This document shows, in pieces, positions 59,390 to 64,000 of a DNA stretch of 64,000 nucleotides (its first letter is position 1; each line of letters starts with the position of its first letter). The notes under the pieces are model-generated. The model was not told where the DNA came from, ran no database searches, and saw nothing but the letters and a program-made list of their open reading frames with translations. This stretch comes from an uncultured Bdellovibrionales bacterium. Lineage in GTDB: Bacteria; Bdellovibrionota_C; UBA2361; SZUA-149; DAOLCO01. The translations under genes and the position numbers were made by a program. The stretch is from contig CAYGUX010000013.1 of the NCBI GenBank assembly GCA_964353175.1, positions 544-64,543 on the forward strand, in the 5' to 3' direction.

Positions 59390-59700
59390 GGTCCGGATTG
59401 TCAGGCCTGATTTGGGGGCATGATACTTATGCAAAGTATATAAATACCAAAGCCACTGATTCGCAAGTACTTTCTGCCAGCAAGTATGGCGTTTTGATCA
59501 TAGGCATCAGTGCAGGATTACTTATATTGACTATTAAAGATTACCTAAATGGAGATGTGCTCTTCAATTTCAATAGAGCTGTCGCATCTGCGATAGCCGC
59601 TCCTCTAATACTATCAGTATTCTGGGCAAAACTACCAGAAATTCAATTGTATTTGCTACGCTTATCTCACTAATTATTGGTGCACCGCTTGCTTGGTGGT
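59390..59700 (+). pseudogene. Internal fragment of a sodium:solute symporter with frameshift
   Basis: WGHDTYAKYINTKATDSQVL...APLILSVFW, continuing in another frame as KTTRNSIVFATLISLIIG. Confidence 0.6.
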
Positions 59701-59757
59701 CGAATTCACAATTATATACACACAATGAGCCAACAAAAGTCCATTGGGTAGCTGCCT

Positions 59758-60042
59758 CTACGCCACTTTCTTTAATCTCACCTCCACCTCCATCCCCACA
59801 CCATCCACCATTCGTAACAACCGATCAATAGTTACCTTCTGCAAACTACCCGACAAAATTCCACTAACAGCTGAGCGAGGCAGACCTGACAACTCGGAGA
59901 GTTCAAGATGGGTAATATTGTTAACTCGAATATTATCCTGAATACCCTTAATAAGCTTTGCCTTTATAATAGCTTCGGTACTTCTAGCTCTAGAAATTCC
60001 TAGCATTGTAGATAGTTTTTTAGAATTGGTTCTTTTTTTCAT
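59758..60042 (-). CDS. HigA-like XRE/HTH antitoxin
   Basis: IKAKLI...THLELSELSGLPRSAVS.IL.G...VTIDRL; overlaps the toxin stop codon. Confidence 0.85.
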   Translation of the reverse strand: MKKRTNSKKLSTMLGISRARSTEAIIKAKLIKGIQDNIRVNNITHLELSELSGLPRSAVSGILSGSLQKVTIDRLLRMVDGVGMEVEVRLKKVA

Positions 60043-60353
60043 AGTATCCTTTTTAGCCGATCTGCTGCTGTCTTTAAATTCTGAATAGGGGTCTTGTTGC
60101 TTGTTTTAACAAAGGCATGGATCAACCATATTCCTTCTGCTCCCAAGATAACGAAAATAATCCTATAAATACTATTTCTATCCCTAAGCCTAAGTTCATA
60201 AACCCGCCTCCCGATAGTAGGCATAGGCCGACAAATGGGCATGGCTAAATTCTCTCCGTTTTCTAACCGAACAAGAAGATCAGCCAAATCACCCCTAACA
60301 TCTTCAGGAAACTCTAAAATCTCCTTTTGGCAAGGTTTCAAAATCTTTATCAT
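60039..60353 (-). CDS. RelE/HigB (Gp49/DUF891-like) type II toxin
   Basis: RPMPTIG..VYELR..D....YRI...IWLIHAFVK.S.KTP pattern; toxin-first order. Confidence 0.88.
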   Translation of the reverse strand: MIKILKPCQKEILEFPEDVRGDLADLLVRLENGENLAMPICRPMPTIGRRVYELRLRDRNSIYRIIFVILGAEGIWLIHAFVKTSNKTPIQNLKTAADRLKRIL

Positions 60354-60359
60354 CTGAGT

Positions 60360-60390
60360 GTCTCATATTTAAGACTTTGTCGTCAACAAG
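60360..60390 (-). promoter_or_regulatory. Putative TA promoter/operator
   Basis: Minus strand TTGACG...; imperfect palindrome GTCTCATATTTAAGAC just upstream of the toxin ATG; no SD visible. Confidence 0.4.
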
Positions 60391-60468
60391 AATCTGGTTT
60401 GAATAATGTGTTAATTATTTATCGTATTTATTTCAGCACTGAGCCAAAATAGTAGAACAAACCGATAA

Positions 60469-60517
60469 GCTAGTGGCCTACCCAAAAAGTTAAATAAGTA
60501 GGTACGCACTAGCCTAC
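60469..60517. repeat. Island repeats R9 (inverted) and R10 (direct) forming a doublet
   Basis: GCTAGTGGCCTACC (reverse complement of GGTAGGCCACTAGC), then AGTTAAATAAGTAGGTACGCACTAGCCTAC. Confidence 0.85.
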
Positions 60518-60536
60518 TGGAATAGGTAGTGATGAT

Positions 60537-60549
60537 TAAGTTATTGATT
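60537..60549 (-). promoter_or_regulatory. IHF consensus site
   Basis: Reverse complement AATCAATAACTTA matches WATCAANNNNTTR. Confidence 0.45.
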
Positions 60550-60580
60550 TTTCAATACCTATCGATCTGAGGTAGAAAAG

Positions 60581-60596
60581 GAGTTAGGTAGGTAAC
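60581..60596 (+). repeat. Partial island repeat R11
   Basis: AGTTAGGTAGGTAAC, identical to 59265-59279. Confidence 0.7.
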
Positions 60597-60800
60597 CAAA
60601 ACTCTTGGCTCCTCTCAGTTACCACCCAAAGTGCCACTAAATTAGACAAGTTACATAGACAGGTCTATGAGGACTCCCCCCTAATACCTCAAACTATCCC
60701 ATAGTTTCATATACTTAATACAAATCTATTTGGCATTTCAAATTCTTCTTGGTACAAAACATGAACATTATACTTTTCTAACCCATAACTATTTCAAAAC

Positions 60801-61550
60801 ATGTCCTCTAATTCTGACCTAGATAGAAGAAACTTTATTAAAACTGCAGGTGTTGTTGGAGCGGTCACCTTAGGCCTTGGAGCTACTGCTAAAGTTATTG
60901 CAGATAATGAACCTCCTAAGTCATTAGGTGAAATAACTACACACACACTTCCAGCTCTACCATATTCTTACAATGCCTTGGAGCCTTACATCGATGAAGA
61001 GACAATGAAAATTCATCATTCTAAACACCACCAAGGATATGTAACTGGCCTTAACGCAGCCGAGAAAGCCTTAGCCGAAGCGAGAGCCAGTGCTGATTAT
61101 TCTCTGATTGAATACTGGAGCAAAAAGTTAAGCTTTAATGGAGGAGGTCATGCGTTACATTCAATATTTTGGACCATCATGGCGCCTTCTAAAAACGGCC
61201 CACTAAAAGGTATTGGTGGTGGAGAGCCTGCGGGTAAACTCGCTAAAAAGATAAGTCGAGATTTTGGTAGTCTTGAAGTATTTAAAAAACAGTTTGCAAG
61301 TGCCGCGGCTAAAGTAGAGGGAAGCGGCTGGGCAATACTTTCCTACAGAAAATCTGATGATAGATTAATTGTTCATCAAATTGAGAACCAACATAAATTG
61401 GGGACATGGGATGAAACTCCACTGTTAGTTTTAGATGTATGGGAACATGCTTACTACCTAAAACATAAAAACATGCGGGCAGATTACATAGACGCTTGGT
61501 GGAATGTTGTAAATTGGAAGGCTGTAGAGAATAGACTTAGTTCGATATAG
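60801..61550 (+). CDS. sod: Fe/Mn superoxide dismutase with twin-arginine signal peptide
   Basis: DRRNFIK Tat motif; LPYSYNALEPYID, HHSKHH, GSGW and DVWEHAYY motifs. Confidence 0.93.
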   Translation: MSSNSDLDRRNFIKTAGVVGAVTLGLGATAKVIADNEPPKSLGEITTHTLPALPYSYNALEPYIDEETMKIHHSKHHQGYVTGLNAAEKALAEARASADYSLIEYWSKKLSFNGGGHALHSIFWTIMAPSKNGPLKGIGGGEPAGKLAKKISRDFGSLEVFKKQFASAAAKVEGSGWAILSYRKSDDRLIVHQIENQHKLGTWDETPLLVLDVWEHAYYLKHKNMRADYIDAWWNVVNWKAVENRLSSI

Positions 61551-61575
61551 TTTCACTGCTAGGAGTGATGAAGGG

Positions 61576-62664
61576 CTAGTCTAGCCAGCCCTTCTTTTTA
61601 AAGCCTAGTAACATTCCTCCACCTAGGACAATCATTACGACAATCAATATTGGATATGAGTATTCATACTCCAGTTCAGGCATATACTTAAAGTTCATTC
61701 CGTAAATGCCCGCGAAAAAAGACAAGGGTATAAAAATAGTTGAGATAACAGTAAGTACTTTCATCACATCATTCAACTTATTGCTCATACTAGAGAGATA
61801 CACATCCATAAAACCTGAGGCTAATTCTCTGTAGTTTTCAACTACATCAATAATCTCAATCACATGATCATACACATCCCTAAAGTATGTATTAGTAGTT
61901 TTATTTATATTCTTAAACTCATCTCTTATTAGAGAACTAAAAATTTCTCTCTGAGGCCATATTGCTCGCCTTAGTCCTAAAAGCTGTCTCCTAGCATGAT
62001 ATATTTCGCTTAATATTTCCTTTGAAGGATCAACAATCAACTCTTCCTCGATATCCTCAAGATAGTCTCCATACTTCTCTAAAATAGGAAAGTACTGATC
62101 AATGATTCTATCGGATAATGCATATGCCAAATAATCTGTTCCAGACCTCCTAAGGGCTCCCTTACTTTTTCTAAATCTATCCCTTAAAGACTCAAATACA
62201 TCTCCAGGTTTTTCCTGAAACGTTAAAACGAAATTCTTCCCCAACACTATGCTTATTTGTTCTGAATCTATCTCATACTCTTCATTCATACTCATCATGT
62301 GAGTAATGATTATTGTATAATTCTCCTGTTCCTCAATCTTCGGGCGCTGTGGGACATTAACTATATCTGATAAAGTCAACTCATGGATCGTAAACAAATC
62401 CTTAATTGCACTTAAGACCGATTCATTACTAAGGCCATCTAAATCTAACCAAACTATTTCATCGGACTTCGCAAGAATGCCAGAAGTTGGCAACTTAAAT
62501 TTACCAGATTGAACATACTCAAGAAACTCATCTCCCTTATAACTATGTTCAGTTAAATGATCTTCGCCGTAACGCAACACATTAACCTGAACTTCTTCCT
62601 TCGATGGGTCAAACATTAGGGTCCCTGGCTGGGACCCAACAGGAGCGTAACGCCTTCTAAACAT
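61576..62664 (-). CDS. corA: Magnesium/cobalt transporter
   Basis: QRPKIE, YFRDVYDH, MKVLTVISTIFIPL and YGMNFKYMPEL motifs. Confidence 0.96.
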   Translation of the reverse strand: MFRRRYAPVGSQPGTLMFDPSKEEVQVNVLRYGEDHLTEHSYKGDEFLEYVQSGKFKLPTSGILAKSDEIVWLDLDGLSNESVLSAIKDLFTIHELTLSDIVNVPQRPKIEEQENYTIIITHMMSMNEEYEIDSEQISIVLGKNFVLTFQEKPGDVFESLRDRFRKSKGALRRSGTDYLAYALSDRIIDQYFPILEKYGDYLEDIEEELIVDPSKEILSEIYHARRQLLGLRRAIWPQREIFSSLIRDEFKNINKTTNTYFRDVYDHVIEIIDVVENYRELASGFMDVYLSSMSNKLNDVMKVLTVISTIFIPLSFFAGIYGMNFKYMPELEYEYSYPILIVVMIVLGGGMLLGFKKKGWLD

Positions 62665-62672
62665 CTAATTTA

Positions 62673-64000
62673 TTATTTTGAATATGAAAAAGTACTTTCT
62701 GAAGGCTTACCTAAGTCAGTCTTCTTAACATTTTCAAAATTGGTCATTAAATGCTCAAGGGTAAGATAGACTGTCTCAACATCATCTTCTATCTTCAAGG
62801 CCTTACTGATCGCATCCGCTGTGTGCTCGCCTTTATTACCAACAAGATAATTCATAACCACCTTCTGAATCTCTACTACCTTTGTCGCAGCTTTCTTACC
62901 TGCTTCCACACCAGGTTGATGATAAGCATTGATTCTAACAAAACTGGCATAATAACCAACCGCTCTTTCAAACAGAGCTATCATTGCTCCTAGAGTTTTA
63001 GGATTTAGACTTTCAACTGAAATAGTTATTGAATCTCGTCCATTTTCATACAATGCCTTTCTAGTTCCTTGATAAAATCCAGATAAATAATCACCAGAAG
63101 TAAGCTGATCCTCAACTTGTAGATTATTAAACTTACCTGTCACGCTAGAAACATTTTCAAGAACTCTAATAAACACGGCAAAGAAATTATTTAAGCCATC
63201 CCTTAATTGCTGAATATAAGCATGTTGATCGGTAGAGCCTTTATTCCCATAAACTGCGATACCTTGATTAACTACCTTACCATCAAGGTCCTTTTCTTTC
63301 CCAACAGACTCCATAATTAACTGTTGAAGATATTTACTAAAAAGCACTAGTCTATCTTTGTAAGGAAGAATAACCATATCCTTTTCCCCCTTTCCATTCC
63401 CTGCAAAATGCCACATGAGGGAAAGCAACATAGCTGGATTTTTTAATGGATCATTCTCTCTTGTAACACTATCCATCTCCCCTGCCCCACTTAACAAATC
63501 ATCTACATTAGCGCCCATCAAGGATAATGGTACTAATCCAACTGCAGACAACAAAGAAGTTCTACCACCTACCCAATCCCACATATACAACTGTTTCAAC
63601 CAAGAGGAATCCTTCGAATGTTTATCTAACTTACTACCATCGCAAGTTATAGCCACAGCATGTTTAGCAAATGATAAGCCATCTAGCTTATACCTTGCTT
63701 CTATTTCCAACATTCCATTTCTAGTCTCTACCGTTCCTCCTGATTTGGAGATAACCAAGACTAAGGTTTGATCTAAGGAGCCTTTTAATTCTTGATATAA
63801 ACGCTCTATCCCATCTGGATCTGTGTTATCGCAAAAATAGAGTTCGCATTTATTCTCAGCGGATCCTAAGGCATCGTAACCAAGTTGAGGCCCTAATGCA
63901 GAGCCCCCTATACCAACTACTAGTACTTTATTAAAAAGTTTACCCTTTTCGCCCTTAATCTTTCCAGAATGGACATCTGTAGCGAAGCTTTTTATAGCGG
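62673..64000 (-). CDS. pgi: Glucose-6-phosphate isomerase (5' truncated by window edge)
   Basis: Frame is open to the edge: [40 protein letters not shown] and HQPGVEAGK motifs. Confidence 0.96.
   Translation of the reverse strand, partial: AIKSFATDVHSGKIKGEKGKLFNKVLVVGIGGSALGPQLGYDALGSAENKCELYFCDNTDPDGIERLYQELKGSLDQTLVLVISKSGGTVETRNGMLEIEARYKLDGLSFAKHAVAITCDGSKLDKHSKDSSWLKQLYMWDWVGGRTSLLSAVGLVPLSLMGANVDDLLSGAGEMDSVTRENDPLKNPAMLLSLMWHFAGNGKGEKDMVILPYKDRLVLFSKYLQQLIMESVGKEKDLDGKVVNQGIAVYGNKGSTDQHAYIQQLRDGLNNFFAVFIRVLENVSSVTGKFNNLQVEDQLTSGDYLSGFYQGTRKALYENGRDSITISVESLNPKTLGAMIALFERAVGYYASFVRINAYHQPGVEAGKKAATKVVEIQKVVMNYLVGNKGEHTADAISKALKIEDDVETVYLTLEHLMTNFENVKKTDLGKPSESTFSYSK

Larger units (their letters stand above)
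45367..60600. mobile_element. Defence/accessory island segmented by short palindromic repeats
   Basis: Cluster of defence genes, ORFans and clipped fragments between cocE and the Tat-SOD gene, bounded and subdivided by the repeat; no integrase in the window. Confidence 0.75.

Noticed and set aside
45367-60600. CRISPR array interpretation of the island repeats
   Set aside because: Spacing ranges from 75 bp to over 7 kb, the copies are degenerate and composite, and there are no cas genes in the window.
45367-60600. Canonical integron attC sites
   Set aside because: GTTRRRY is present but the arms read GTT...AAC rather than AAC...GTT, the elements are shorter than typical attC sites, the cargo includes mid-gene fragments, and no intI is in the window.
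61574-61590. GGCTAGTCTAGCC palindrome resembling the repeat core
   Set aside because: It is mostly the coding end of corA (W-L-D-stop).

Overview
AT-rich chromosomal window from a Gram-negative bacterium. The gene content is broadly deltaproteobacteria/Bdellovibrionota-like, but taxonomy cannot be fixed from this window. About 1-45 kb and 60.8-64 kb are housekeeping genes: NAD-specific glutamate dehydrogenase (5' truncated), Ser/Thr kinase, trypsin-type protease, tRNA-Ile/tRNA-Ala without rRNA, CCA-adding enzyme, a crotonase/acyl-CoA dehydrogenase/B12-mutase cluster whose residues point to isobutyryl-CoA mutase, two Fe/Mn SODs, pabB-pabC, ispF, cysE, tlyA, ctpA, orphan nuoI, rsmE, aas, corA and pgi (5' truncated). 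Between them (about 45.37-60.6 kb) lies a defence/accessory island: a candidate HEPN protein, Shedu, a type I R-M system with PrrC, ORFans, gene fragments and a higBA-type TA pair. The most notable signal is in this island. It is cut into modules by about 10 copies of a short GTAG-tagged palindromic repeat, consensus roughly AGRTRGTTARRTWAGTAGGTAGGCYACTAGCC. The copies sit at gene ends and at the break points of clipped gene fragments (cocE 5' copy, rhuM-hsdS'). I did not see them in the core region, and no integrase or RAYT is encoded in the window. This looks like a repeat-delimited cassette array that is neither a CRISPR array nor a canonical integron. All calls are by eye; no searches were run.
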